Virus record (IMG/VR): IMGVR_UViG_3300031418_000040
DNA: 41,169 nucleotides
Reading direction: 5' to 3' (one strand)
Source of the DNA: a virus
The notes beneath the pieces are model-generated. The model had not been told where the DNA came from. It was given only the letters and a program-made list of their open reading frames with translations, and ran no database searches. The stretch's first letter is position 1. Each line of letters opens with the position of its first letter. The translations under genes and the position numbers were made by a program. Shown here in pieces: positions 17,221 through 26,371 of this stretch.

Positions 17221-18525
17221 CTAGGCCGCTTGTTTAAGCGGTGATTGTTCGAAAGGTATGTCTGGGAACACGCAGGCGTGTACTTCCTGAAAGACTTTTG
17301 CCCGCGCTGCCTGGCTATTTTTCTTCAAGTCTTCCAGCGGTGTCAGATTGAGCTGCACGGTATAAATATCGCCACCCTCAATCGGTGCCATGTTTTCCAG
17401 TCGGCGAACGTCATTGCGTGACATCCAGCCGTTTTGCAGCGCCGTGGTGTAATAGGCAGAACGCCCCGCGCTGTCGGCACGCAGCAAACCTTCCACCGAG
17501 AACTCGGCAAAATAATCCTCGTCGCCGTCCAGCAGACAGCGCGCGATTTCCTGCTCGATGTTGACCAGCAGCGGCCGCAATGTATTGGTCAGAAATTGCA
17601 GGTTCATGCCTTCCACGCTCGACGCCCAGCTGCTCTGCTTGTCGGCATGCCCCACCATAAACGGCGGAATACGGAACCAGCGGCAAATCTCCTCGATGCT
17701 GAATGAGCGGCTCTCCAGCATCTGCGCCGCTTCGGGGTTCATAGTAATGCCCTGATAGGACAGGTCTCCTTCCAGCACCATGACCTTGCCGGCGTTTTTG
17801 GAGCCGACAAAGTCCCCGAGATTTTTCTTTAGCCTGCCGCGCTGGTCCTCGTTCAAGGCCGTTTTTGCACTGATGAAACCGGAGTTTTGGATCCCGTTCT
17901 CGAATATCTTGGCCGCCGATTCCTCGACGGACATGGCCGAGCCAATCACGTCGCGCCCGACCATCATCGGCAACATGCCGCAGACGCCATCAAGGCCGAA
18001 CCCGCGAATATGCATGATTTTTTTAACCGGTATGACCCGTTTGCCGAGTTTGTCGGTGTAGGTGTATTCCAGCTGCCCGTTATCCAGCCGTTTCACCACC
18101 ATATTCTGCGGTAGCAGAGGATTGAGGCCCACCAGCTTGTTACCGATCATCAACTTTTCGATATAGCCGTTACCGCGCAGACTAAGACTCGCCACCACCA
18201 TCAACATAAATCGTGATGGCGTCATTTCTGCATTGGGCTGTCGGCAGAGCACGCGATAGGCCGGATGATCCTGTGCCAGTATTCGCGAACCATCCGCCTG
18301 ACGCCGGTACACCTTGAGCGGCAGCGTAGACACGGATTCGCTCAACAGCCTGGCACAGGCCCACACCGCAGAAAGCTTGATGGCCTTATCGACCGACACC
18401 GTTTTACCGCTGCTGCTCGTCCCCATCCACTCCTGCCAGAAGTCGCCAGTCGTCAGGCTGATGGGAACACCCAGCCAGTTTAAAAGGGCGCTTTTTACGC
18501 GCCCGGGTTTTTTATTGGATTTCAT
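17221..18525 (-). CDS. Portal protein (HK97 family)
   Basis: 434 aa, directly after the large terminase with an ATGA overlap. Confidence 0.85.
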   Translation of the reverse strand: MKSNKKPGRVKSALLNWLGVPISLTTGDFWQEWMGTSSSGKTVSVDKAIKLSAVWACARLLSESVSTLPLKVYRRQADGSRILAQDHPAYRVLCRQPNAEMTPSRFMLMVVASLSLRGNGYIEKLMIGNKLVGLNPLLPQNMVVKRLDNGQLEYTYTDKLGKRVIPVKKIMHIRGFGLDGVCGMLPMMVGRDVIGSAMSVEESAAKIFENGIQNSGFISAKTALNEDQRGRLKKNLGDFVGSKNAGKVMVLEGDLSYQGITMNPEAAQMLESRSFSIEEICRWFRIPPFMVGHADKQSSWASSVEGMNLQFLTNTLRPLLVNIEQEIARCLLDGDEDYFAEFSVEGLLRADSAGRSAYYTTALQNGWMSRNDVRRLENMAPIEGGDIYTVQLNLTPLEDLKKNSQAARAKVFQEVHACVFPDIPFEQSPLKQAA

Positions 18526-20252
18526 CAGACACCTATCATTATCGGATCGTCGAAGAACGCGCTGTTGTCCGGCTTATCACCTCCATTGACGATCAGGCGG
18601 CTTTTCGCAGTAAAGAGCGCCACCGGTCCATCGATTTTGTTTTCCGGCGTGGACTTGTTCGGAAAGACGTTGTCATTTTTGTCTGGCTTGACGGTCACGT
18701 TGGACATCATCCACGTCATGACGGGGTTGCCGTCGTGGTGGAACTTGCTGCCGTAGATATCCGCCTGCACCGTCTTCATGGACTCGGACAGGTTTTTTAC
18801 CGTCTGCGCCACCTCCACCAGCGGCAGCCCCTCGTCGGCCAGCGCCAGGCTGAACTGCGTGGCGCTCCACGGGTCGAAGGCGATTTCCCGCAGGCTCTCC
18901 CCTTTAACCCAGGCTTCGACCTCGGCCTTGATATAGCCGTGGTCGATAACGTCACCGTCGGTCAACTCCAGATGGCCTTCCGCCGACCATTTCCTGTAAA
19001 GCTCGGCGATATGGTTCGGGGCCGTTTCAAGCCGCCCCTCCGGAATCCAGAATTTATATTTGGAATACGTGTGGCCATCCGGCGACAGCCACGTTTTAGC
19101 AGCGGCGCAGATGTCGATTTTGTTCGACAGGTCGATGCCAACCCACATCGGCCATTTGGCCAACTGCTCGTCCGACGGCAGTCCTGCGCACTTGGCCCAG
19201 CGGTCCATGTCCATCCAGGCGCTTTCGGCCGTGACCCATATATTGAGGTGTTTAGTAAAGAAATTGGGACGTGCGGCGATTTGTTCTTTTGCTTTCTTGG
19301 CGAGACGGCGCATGTCGTCCCAGCGTTTGCAAATCCCGAGACCCGGATTCGCTTTCGGCCAATTCTTCTCGTCAAAGGGATCGTCTCCTTCGTCGAGGGT
19401 GTAAATCATCGCGAAGTACGTGTCGTCTTCTACTACGCCGCGCAGCACCTTAATGGCGTAATCCCGCTGCTCAAAACAGATGCCGTCCTTGTTTGAACCT
19501 GCCGTGGTAATGGCGAAAAGCAGAGATTGCAGACGCGCGCCGGTCGCTGTTTCCAGCACGTCCCACACGTCGCGGGTGCGGTGAGCGTGGAGCTCATCGA
19601 CAATGCCGCAGTGAATGTTCAAGCCGTCGAGATTGTTCGCGTCGCTGGAAAGCGGCTCAAACTTGGAAGCGGAACGCTCCTGGTGAATGTTGAGTTTGAC
19701 GTGACCAAACAGACGGCCCAACGAACGGGGCGCTTTCTTAATCATGTTTTTCGCATCGTCGAAAACGATACGCGCCTGGTCGCGGGTCGTTGCCGCCGAG
19801 TAAACCTCCGCTCCGCCCTCGCCGTCAGCGCCGGTCATGTAAAGACCGATGCCGGAGGACAACGTAGACTTGGCGTTTTTACGCGCCACCTCGTCATAGG
19901 CCGTGCGGAAACGACGCACCAGAATGGTGTCACCGTCATCATCAAGCATCTGTTCGCCGGTCATCTCGTCGATAAGCGGGATCACGAAGCCAAACAGGTT
20001 AATCAGGATAAAGACATGCCACGCCATCAGCTTTATCGGCTTACCGGCCAGCGCGCCTTTGACATGGGGAACAAAATTATAAAAGTCGAGAATGTGCTGG
20101 GCGCGATCCTCGTTAAAGTAGATGCCGCGCTCCGGCCCATGCTCTAAATCGTTAAGGAATCGCCGGCACGCTAGGTGTACCAGTTCGCCAGCAACAATCT
20201 CGCCAGCCAGCACGCTCTCTGCGTACTGAATACCTTCCGAAACGGTTGCCAT
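18525..20252 (-). CDS. Terminase large subunit
   Basis: 575 aa, located between the small terminase and the portal gene. The composition fits an N-terminal ATPase plus C-terminal nuclease. Confidence 0.9.
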   Translation of the reverse strand: MATVSEGIQYAESVLAGEIVAGELVHLACRRFLNDLEHGPERGIYFNEDRAQHILDFYNFVPHVKGALAGKPIKLMAWHVFILINLFGFVIPLIDEMTGEQMLDDDGDTILVRRFRTAYDEVARKNAKSTLSSGIGLYMTGADGEGGAEVYSAATTRDQARIVFDDAKNMIKKAPRSLGRLFGHVKLNIHQERSASKFEPLSSDANNLDGLNIHCGIVDELHAHRTRDVWDVLETATGARLQSLLFAITTAGSNKDGICFEQRDYAIKVLRGVVEDDTYFAMIYTLDEGDDPFDEKNWPKANPGLGICKRWDDMRRLAKKAKEQIAARPNFFTKHLNIWVTAESAWMDMDRWAKCAGLPSDEQLAKWPMWVGIDLSNKIDICAAAKTWLSPDGHTYSKYKFWIPEGRLETAPNHIAELYRKWSAEGHLELTDGDVIDHGYIKAEVEAWVKGESLREIAFDPWSATQFSLALADEGLPLVEVAQTVKNLSESMKTVQADIYGSKFHHDGNPVMTWMMSNVTVKPDKNDNVFPNKSTPENKIDGPVALFTAKSRLIVNGGDKPDNSAFFDDPIMIGV

Positions 20253-20255
20253 TCA

Positions 20256-20729
20256 TCATTTGCGCTTTTTCAAAAATTCTTCGAGTGGGTCGGCTTCCCC
20301 TTTCCCTTCGCTGCTGACTTTGCTGCGAGCGGCTGGAGTCATGCCGAATTCAGACATCATTGCCCGCAGGCGTTTCCAGGCATCGGACATCATCGCTACC
20401 TGCGGGTGAGCTTTTACCAAAGTCTCACCCTGCATGTTCGTGACATTGTACGTTTCGCCAACTTGCTCGATCACGTCACGGTGTTTGCGCCATTCAACAT
20501 ACGCGCCGATAAGAAGTTCGAGCGCCATGCCATCAAGCTTGGTAATGACGTTGGCGCAGTCCAGCTCATCGCCGATACGCTTGAACCAGTACTTTTCCTG
20601 TTTGTTAAAATGCTTCGGAATTGGGGGTACCCCAGAAGGGGGTTTCGGCTCGGCCTTGTTAATTGCCCGTTTGGATGGGTTACCCTTCACCAAACGCAGA
20701 GCCGTCGGGGTTTTCGGCGGTCCGGACAT
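20256..20729 (-). CDS. Terminase small subunit (P27-like)
   Basis: 157 aa. The N-terminus MSGPPKTPTALRLVKGNPSKR is typical of P27-family small terminases. Confidence 0.8.
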   Translation of the reverse strand: MSGPPKTPTALRLVKGNPSKRAINKAEPKPPSGVPPIPKHFNKQEKYWFKRIGDELDCANVITKLDGMALELLIGAYVEWRKHRDVIEQVGETYNVTNMQGETLVKAHPQVAMMSDAWKRLRAMMSEFGMTPAARSKVSSEGKGEADPLEEFLKKRK

Positions 20730-20985
20730 GATTGAAAACTCCTATTAATCGATCCTCGGGGGACCCCTAAAAAAGATTTGTAACCTGCGGGTGCGTGAAA
20801 AAAACTTAGGCGGCGGTCCTTTAGGGCGTCAGCCCTGAACTTTCGACCTGCCCCACCCCTCAAATGAGAACCAGTCTCATTTTCATGATTTTGCACCATT
20901 TTGATGCAAAACACCCGAGTGTAGATGATAACGATTATCGTTTTGAGTGCTTTTTGGTTTTTCTGATGGATTCCCGATGGGTACC

Positions 20986-21336
20986 CTATCTGTTGCTTTC
21001 ATTGGCCGTCTTGCGCTTATGACAGGGCCAGCACAGCGCCTCAAGGTTGCTGTCATCGTCTGCGCCACCATGTGCTTTGGGCTTGATGTGGTCGACCGTA
21101 GGGGCCGCTGTTATGCGCCCGTTTCGCATGCAGTTCTGGCAGAGGTGTTTGTCTCTGGTGAGTATCCGTGCACGGCGTATATCCCACGCACTGCCGTATC
21201 CACGTTCCTGCCTGCTCTTTCCCTGCTGATGCTGCTGCCATCCTGTGTGGATATGTTCAGGGCAGTAACCTGAGCGGTCAGTTGTGGTCTTGCCACAGCC
21301 ATACTTACGGCATGCGCGTGGTATTGCTGCTGGCAT
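20986..21336 (-). CDS. HNH endonuclease (packaging-associated)
   Basis: Motif VDHIKPKAHGG..D.SNLEALCWPCHKRKT plus N-terminal Cys pairs. Its location just upstream of the terminase is as in HK97-like cos phages. Confidence 0.85.
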   Translation of the reverse strand: MPAAIPRACRKYGCGKTTTDRSGYCPEHIHTGWQQHQQGKSRQERGYGSAWDIRRARILTRDKHLCQNCMRNGRITAAPTVDHIKPKAHGGADDDSNLEALCWPCHKRKTANESNR

Positions 21337-21358
21337 GGTGTTACCTCATGGCCGGGAT

Positions 21359-21598
21359 TCAGGCTAACCGCCGGGCTCTTCTGCGTTCGTTACGTGGTTC
21401 ATTGTCCGGGTGCTTTTCTACAGTTACGCCGTCAGCATGATCCACAAGGGAGTAGCACGGATAGATGACCTTGCGGCCAAGAGCATCGCCAACGGCATAG
21501 TCAGCGGCTTTCGTGCTGTTCCAGTTCTTCAGGATTGTGCTGATACCGCTTTGTGGTGGGCTATACCGGAAATGATGCTCAAGCGCTTTATCAAGCAC
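21359..21598 (-). CDS. Hypothetical protein (79 aa)
   Basis: ORF with backbone-like GC upstream of HNH. No motif recognised. Confidence 0.45.
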   Translation of the reverse strand: MLDKALEHHFRYSPPQSGISTILKNWNSTKAADYAVGDALGRKVIYPCYSLVDHADGVTVEKHPDNEPRNERRRARRLA

Positions 21599-21979
21599 CG
21601 CCTGCCTGTTACGGTGGTGAGCGCAATTCCGATATTAGAGCGTTATTGTGCTGCAGGTGCATATGCAACATCGTTAATCACAACTTCCATACATACATTA
21701 ATGGTCATTTAGATTTTCCTGCTGGATAGGCAAGTAAATGCCCCGGTATTGATGAAACCACCAGCCTATGATTCGATGTGCTTGTGCTGAAAAGTGAACT
21801 CAGTTTTTGCGGTTTTCAGTACAAAATAAAGACCAGAGGACATAACCAATACAATAGATACACAGAATTCCCTGTGCATCGTTCTATCAACGTTGTGGAG
21901 GGTGTTTATAAGCGGATTTAAATTGCTATAACTTATACGCCAGTTGTCACAATTCTCGTTGACCTGGTCTACTTCTGTA

Positions 21980-22183
21980 TCAACTCGAAGACTCAGGCAT
22001 GTAATCCATCTTGAGCACATCATTAGGCGCCAAGTATACCCATACGCCATCTTCTTTAAGAATACTGACGAATCCATTAACCAATTCAGCCTGACGTAGG
22101 ACATCTAGCCCGTGAAGGTTTAGCCTGTTTGATTGGTTAGCGTGATTTAGTAGAAATCGGACATGGACAATATATTTATACAC
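21980..22183 (-). CDS. Possible small protein in the AT-rich island (up to 67 aa, start uncertain)
   Basis: The translation is protein-like (..GLDVLRQAELVNGFVSILKEDGVWVYLAPNDVLKMDY..), but the GTG start abuts the AGGAG with no spacing. The true start is unclear. Confidence 0.3.
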   Translation of the reverse strand: MYKYIVHVRFLLNHANQSNRLNLHGLDVLRQAELVNGFVSILKEDGVWVYLAPNDVLKMDYMPESSS

Positions 22184-22251
22184 TCCTTCGAAAAAGAAAC
22201 GAATTATTCGCAGTAAGGGATAATTCGCATATAACAGAAGTTTGGATAAAG

Positions 22252-23073
22252 TTATTGAGCCACATCAACAAATTCAAGTCCTGCGGATATCTCCCGTAGC
22301 AATAAAAGCCCTCTATCAGTTATTTTTAGATCAACAATGATAGGGTCATAACGTTCATAATGGCTTAGCGAGGCTATTAACCCATTATTTGGAATTGCTT
22401 GGTTTATAGCATTTTTAGCGTTAAGGTCTCCACCAGAAAGACACTCCAGACCAGAATTTAGCAATATCATCATGAGCGTATGCATTTTTGAAGGCTGCAA
22501 ATTCTTCCGACTCGAAAAATCTTCAATGTATCTAATTAGTGTGTCACCGTTTTTTGCTTGTAATCTCCAGTGGTTAATCCCAAACTCCTTACCATTAGAA
22601 ACTGCGTAAACAACGATGTTTTCCAAAAGTTTCAGAAATCCTCGTGAAAATTTAATCTCTCCGCCTACAAACTTCATGCCATATTGTTCATTTATACCAT
22701 CATCAAATACATATTTATTTTCATCCTGAAGGCCTGACTCGTGAGCATCAACGCATCTAAACATTTCATAAATTATTAATTCAGGTTGTTTTTCTTGATT
22801 AATTATATTAGGCAATTCGCCCTCATAATAAATATTTTCAGGCAAAGAATCTGGCCCTAAGAACATTTGTCTAATTCGAACCCCTGTGAAACGGGTATAC
22901 CTTTCTTTATTACCCATATTCTCCTTGGGATTTTTTAATGACTTAGTCCCTTCAGGATAAACTTTCCTTGAGGAGCCATCAACCGCAGAAACCAAGAGGC
23001 AAAGAGCAGCTTCGAACCTTCCGCCATCCATGTTATAATGTGCATCATCAATTCTTTTTGAAATATTACCCAC
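22252..23073 (-). CDS. AT-rich island protein of unknown function (273 aa) with one Rx4H (HEPN-like) motif
   Basis: GTG start with GGGAGG 4 nt upstream. EMFRCVDAHESG contains R-x4-H. No other family is recognisable. Confidence 0.7.
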   Translation of the reverse strand: MGNISKRIDDAHYNMDGGRFEAALCLLVSAVDGSSRKVYPEGTKSLKNPKENMGNKERYTRFTGVRIRQMFLGPDSLPENIYYEGELPNIINQEKQPELIIYEMFRCVDAHESGLQDENKYVFDDGINEQYGMKFVGGEIKFSRGFLKLLENIVVYAVSNGKEFGINHWRLQAKNGDTLIRYIEDFSSRKNLQPSKMHTLMMILLNSGLECLSGGDLNAKNAINQAIPNNGLIASLSHYERYDPIIVDLKITDRGLLLLREISAGLEFVDVAQ

Positions 23074-23161
23074 AACGCCTCCCAGATAAAGATCGTGTAT
23101 TTTCCAATTTTTCTACCGTGATCAACTTAAAGATAGCACATTTCTTTCTGGATGAGTGAAA

Positions 23162-23398
23162 ATGAAAAAAGGAATAGCATCAGAAACTGGAACATTACCT
23201 TCTACTCTGAGTTTCAAAGTACCCCTGCAGGTAGCAGTTCTGCTTCACCACTGTCAATATTCACTCTTTGAGGGTGAAATAATCACGTTCAGCGGATTAA
23301 GTAAGCAAGTAGCTGATAGCATCAGCATGCCTCGTAGTTCCGTTACTAACCTCATCCATAATTTCCTACTTAAAAGTCAGAGAAACCAGATTATTTGA
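23162..23398 (+). CDS. Small putative winged-helix/HTH protein divergent from the 273-aa gene
   Basis: ITFSGLSKQVADSISMPRSSVTNLIHNF looks like a helix-turn-helix. I prefer the ATG at 23162 over the GTG at 23156. Confidence 0.5.
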   Translation: MKKGIASETGTLPSTLSFKVPLQVAVLLHHCQYSLFEGEIITFSGLSKQVADSISMPRSSVTNLIHNFLLKSQRNQII

Positions 23399-23611
23399 CG
23401 AAAGCTGCTGTAATCTTCAGGCCATCGAGTTCAGGTCAGCGCCTTGGCAACTCAGACCATGTGTCTGATGTTTATGTCAAAAAAAATTTGAATTTACATT
23501 CATGGCTTTAGCTAAGGAATATAGTAAGGACTATATCGAAAGTTCCACACCTAGAACTTAATCGCCAGCATCATCAGGCCCACTCGCAAATGGGCCTTGT
23601 GATGCTTGCTG

Positions 23612-23800
23612 TCAGCCCAGCTTTGCGCGGACCAGCGCATCTTTTGCTTCCAGCAACTTGCGCAACCCTGCTGATTTCTCAGCGCCATCGGGTAGCGTTT
23701 CATCAAGTTGCTTAGCCAGATCGCCAATTGGCTTGCTGACCTCCTGTAGATGGGCTGGCAGATGTTCGTACGCAAAATACTTCATGATAGGGGATGGCAT
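23612..23800 (-). CDS. Hypothetical protein (62 aa) downstream of Rz
   Basis: The ATG overlaps the Rz stop, and GC matches the backbone. Confidence 0.55.
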   Translation of the reverse strand: MPSPIMKYFAYEHLPAHLQEVSKPIGDLAKQLDETLPDGAEKSAGLRKLLEAKDALVRAKLG

Positions 23801-24348
23801 TAATACTTCTCCTGTTGTCGGGTTTGTTCAATGTTTCGGATGCCAGCCAGTTGACTGTTCGCCTGGTCAATCGCCGTAAGCAACGGATCAATCCAGAGCA
23901 CGGCCTGGCAATACGTCAGGGTGCCGGAGGTAATGGGGCCAGAACGGGCGCTGTTAGCGATGCCGGTATCGGCGTGCATTGCGCTGGAACGTAAACTGTT
24001 CGTGTAGTCGAGCAACCGGCCAGCGACAGCAGCAGGAACAGGCAGAGTGCAGGTCGGCTCACTTTTGAGGATGGTTCGATACTCAATCTCTTTCTCCTGG
24101 GCTTTGCCTGTCAGCGCCACAGCGTATTGTTGCTGCCTGGCGGATATCTCGTTGAAGCGGTTAAACTGGAACGACTGCGTAGCAATTACTTTTACCTGCA
24201 CGTCGTTTTCGTTCTTGAGCTGCTGATTAGCAGTGAGTTGGTCGCTGTACTGCCCGTGATAATAGACAGCCGCACCACCCAGCCCGATAAGCAGGAGCAG
24301 GAATACCGCAACCAGCACCAACGTGCTTTTAGTGGAGGTCATTTGCAC
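23800..24348 (-). CDS. Rz: i-spanin (Rz-like)
   Basis: N-terminal TM helix (LVLVAVFLLLLIGLGGAAVYY) followed by a coiled-coil periplasmic domain. Follows the endolysin gene. Confidence 0.85.
   Translation of the reverse strand: MQMTSTKSTLVLVAVFLLLLIGLGGAAVYYHGQYSDQLTANQQLKNENDVQVKVIATQSFQFNRFNEISARQQQYAVALTGKAQEKEIEYRTILKSEPTCTLPVPAAVAGRLLDYTNSLRSSAMHADTGIANSARSGPITSGTLTYCQAVLWIDPLLTAIDQANSQLAGIRNIEQTRQQEKY
23916..24086 (-). CDS. Rz1: o-spanin (Rz1-like lipoprotein) embedded in the +1 frame of Rz
   Basis: My manual translation gives (M)SIEPSSKVSRPALCLFLLLSLAGCSTTRTVYVPAQCTPIPASLTAPVLAPLPPAP*. It has a lipobox LAGC and a Pro-rich mature part. The start is TTG with AGGAG 7 nt upstream; the alternative is GTG at 24062. 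Confidence 0.75.
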   Translation of the reverse strand: MSIEPSSKVSRPALCLFLLLSLAGCSTTRTVYVPAQCTPIPASLTAPVLAPLPPAP

Positions 24349-24835
24349 TCTCCGCCAGGCAGAGAGAACGCTCCATATCCCGGCGATTCAATAACCCTTT
24401 CCACTTCATGCCGCCTGCATATACCCAGCGGCGCATTTCATCACAGGCACCAATGTGGTCGCCTGAGTTAAGTTTTTTCAGCAACGTGGACTTTGAGAAA
24501 GCATCGGTGCCAACGTTAAACGTGAAACTGTAAAGCGCAGCACGTTTGAACTCGCTGAGTGGCACTTTAACTTTTGCATCCACAGCCTTCTTAACTGGCT
24601 GGAGGTCTTTCCATAGCAACTGGTCACATTCCCGGTCGGTGTAGGTCTTACCCTTCACAATATCTAATCCGGTGTGACCATCGCAGACAGTCCAGACGCC
24701 AACAACATCCTTATACGGGGTGTATACCCTTCCCTCTACGCCGTCTCTGCCGCCGAGGAATACCGTTGCAATCATCATCGCTCCACCGCCTGCGGCAGCA
24801 ATGAGCTTGTTACGCAGCGCAGTTGAGATAGCCAT
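24329..24835 (-). CDS. SAR-type endolysin (GH24 lysozyme)
   Basis: N-terminal weakly hydrophobic Gly/Ala-rich signal-anchor (LIAAAGGGAMMIATVFLGG) followed by EG..YTPYKDVVGVWTVCDGHT, a lysozyme motif. The ATG at 24835 follows the holin stop (TGATCATG). Confidence 0.85.
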   Translation of the reverse strand: MAISTALRNKLIAAAGGGAMMIATVFLGGRDGVEGRVYTPYKDVVGVWTVCDGHTGLDIVKGKTYTDRECDQLLWKDLQPVKKAVDAKVKVPLSEFKRAALYSFTFNVGTDAFSKSTLLKKLNSGDHIGACDEMRRWVYAGGMKWKGLLNRRDMERSLCLAESANDLH

Positions 24836-24837
24836 GA

Positions 24838-25086
24838 TCACTCCTTATTGAAGTTAAGTGCTGCTGCATACCCTTTCGTTTCGAGCGCCCGCTTTAAAGC
24901 TTTGTGGTCTCGCCATTTGAAAAAGGCTGTCACCACTAAACCCAGAGCAGCGATAACCAGACCGCCTATGATGCCAATGGCGCTCCATTCGTCAGGGCTG
25001 TAACGAGTAAGGATGCTGTTGGCAACCGTCCCCGCTGATGCGCCGTATACGACGCCACTGGCTACTTTGCTCATATCGATACTCAT
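24838..25086 (-). CDS. Holin
   Basis: I prefer the start MSIDMSK (GGAGGT 5 nt upstream). 82 aa with two TM segments and a charged C-terminus, immediately upstream of the endolysin. Confidence 0.8.
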   Translation of the reverse strand: MSIDMSKVASGVVYGASAGTVANSILTRYSPDEWSAIGIIGGLVIAALGLVVTAFFKWRDHKALKRALETKGYAAALNFNKE

Positions 25087-25134
25087 GCTCACCTCCGGCT
25101 GCGCCGTGGTGCTGTGTGTGAGGAATAAAGGGAT

Positions 25135-25162
25135 AAAAAAAGCCCCGGCTGGTGCCGAGGCT
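25135..25162 (-). terminator. Rho-independent terminator just upstream of the holin (tR'-like, minus strand)
   Basis: AGCCTCGGcaccagCCGGGGCT followed by TTTTTTT on the minus strand. The position is equivalent to lambda tR'. Confidence 0.7.
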
Positions 25163-25282
25163 GGAATCTTATGATGTAAGCGTTGTGTCGAAGTGACCAC
25201 TCTTATCACGTTACAATATCGATTGCGTACGCATAACCATTTACGTATTCTCTAGAAATAAAAAAACTCATAAGGGAATTTA

Positions 25283-26371
25283 ATGATGTCAGGAATCAAT
25301 TTTTCTTTTGAAGGCTTGACTATACAAAGAATCATTGCTCATAGGATTTTTCCTCGTGCTAATGATAAAACTATGACTCCTGCCAAACTCAGTCAGCAGC
25401 TGTTGGCATTTGATCAAGATGCGCTTGACGTATTGCAAATGAGGATTACTGAAGCCTTAGCTGCAAAATCTCATGGGATTGAGATGTCAATCAATGCAAC
25501 AGTGGCTGATAGTTTTTTGAATCTTTCCGCTTCTACGATGCATTCAGACGATGCTACGTTCATCCAAGTAAGTAAAAGATTTGCAAACAAACTTACCGAA
25601 GCTCAGCAAGGGAGCGGTGCGCCTGGTGGTATTCTAACGGTAATGTCTGGATCAGTAGGTGAAGGCCAACTCCCATTCGTATGTGTTATAAAAGCAGAAA
25701 CTCAATCAGGATTTAGAACGACAGAGAATGCTATACAGCTTTCCATGGAATACATTTCAGAGTTACTACTTACTCCAACGCAAAAATTTTATAAAGTTGG
25801 TTTCGTTATTGAAAAATCCCTCACACAAGCAGATGGTGCAGGGAATTATAACCCTGAGCTATTCCGAGCATTCCTTTTTGACCATTTAATGTCTTCAACT
25901 GATACAAAGAAAGCAGCAGCTTACTTCTACAATAAGTTTCTAGGCATGGATATAAATAAGTCATCAAAAAAACTCACTCAGGATTTTTATGAAAATACTT
26001 GTTTATTTATAAACAATTCAGGCATCACTGAGGAGAAAAAACTAGATTTACATGAAGCTTTAAGGTCAGAGCTTAGGTCAAACAAAGCAACAATCAACAT
26101 AACGACATTTGCCAGCGAAAGCATACCCGAAGACATTCGGGAAAGTTATACAAGCATGATGGCTTCTAAGCAACTCCCCACCATATCTTTCAATAAAGAC
26201 ATTGAATTTATTTCCAGCAAGCTAAAAAGAAGAAATAAATTAGTGTTCACAAATGACATATGGATATCAGTTCCTCCAGATGAACTAAAAACGTTGGTTG
26301 AAATACTTCCAAATACTGAAAATGATAGTACAATATTAAAGATAAATGGTAAGCTTTCGAGGCAAGAGTGA
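25283..26371 (+). CDS. NdpA/YejK-like (NA37 nucleoid-associated protein family) protein
   Basis: 362 aa. IQRIIAHRI near the N-terminus, F..VSKRFANKLTEAQQGSGAPGGILTV and YFYNKFLGMD parallel YejK features (IALHQLI, FSRAATGRLRDEL...GGIVLF, FMDFLGA). AT-rich. The stop overlaps the next start (ATGA). Confidence 0.6.
   Translation: MMSGINFSFEGLTIQRIIAHRIFPRANDKTMTPAKLSQQLLAFDQDALDVLQMRITEALAAKSHGIEMSINATVADSFLNLSASTMHSDDATFIQVSKRFANKLTEAQQGSGAPGGILTVMSGSVGEGQLPFVCVIKAETQSGFRTTENAIQLSMEYISELLLTPTQKFYKVGFVIEKSLTQADGAGNYNPELFRAFLFDHLMSSTDTKKAAAYFYNKFLGMDINKSSKKLTQDFYENTCLFINNSGITEEKKLDLHEALRSELRSNKATINITTFASESIPEDIRESYTSMMASKQLPTISFNKDIEFISSKLKRRNKLVFTNDIWISVPPDELKTLVEILPNTENDSTILKINGKLSRQE

Noticed and set aside
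20808-20819. AGGCGGCGGTCC resembling lambda cosN (GGGCGGCGACCT) between HNH and TerS
   Set aside because: The similarity is on the strand opposite to the terminase genes and could be chance in a GC-rich spacer. The cos end cannot be called without end-sequencing data.
21766-22104. 112-aa ORF overlapping the 67-aa ORF
   Set aside because: The N-terminal half is W/C/M-rich and overlaps a more protein-like frame. At most the last 37 codons (the hydrophobic peptide) may be real.
23551-23775. 74-aa ORF overlapping 23612..23800
   Set aside because: It is an alternative frame of a better-supported gene whose ATG is coupled to the Rz stop.
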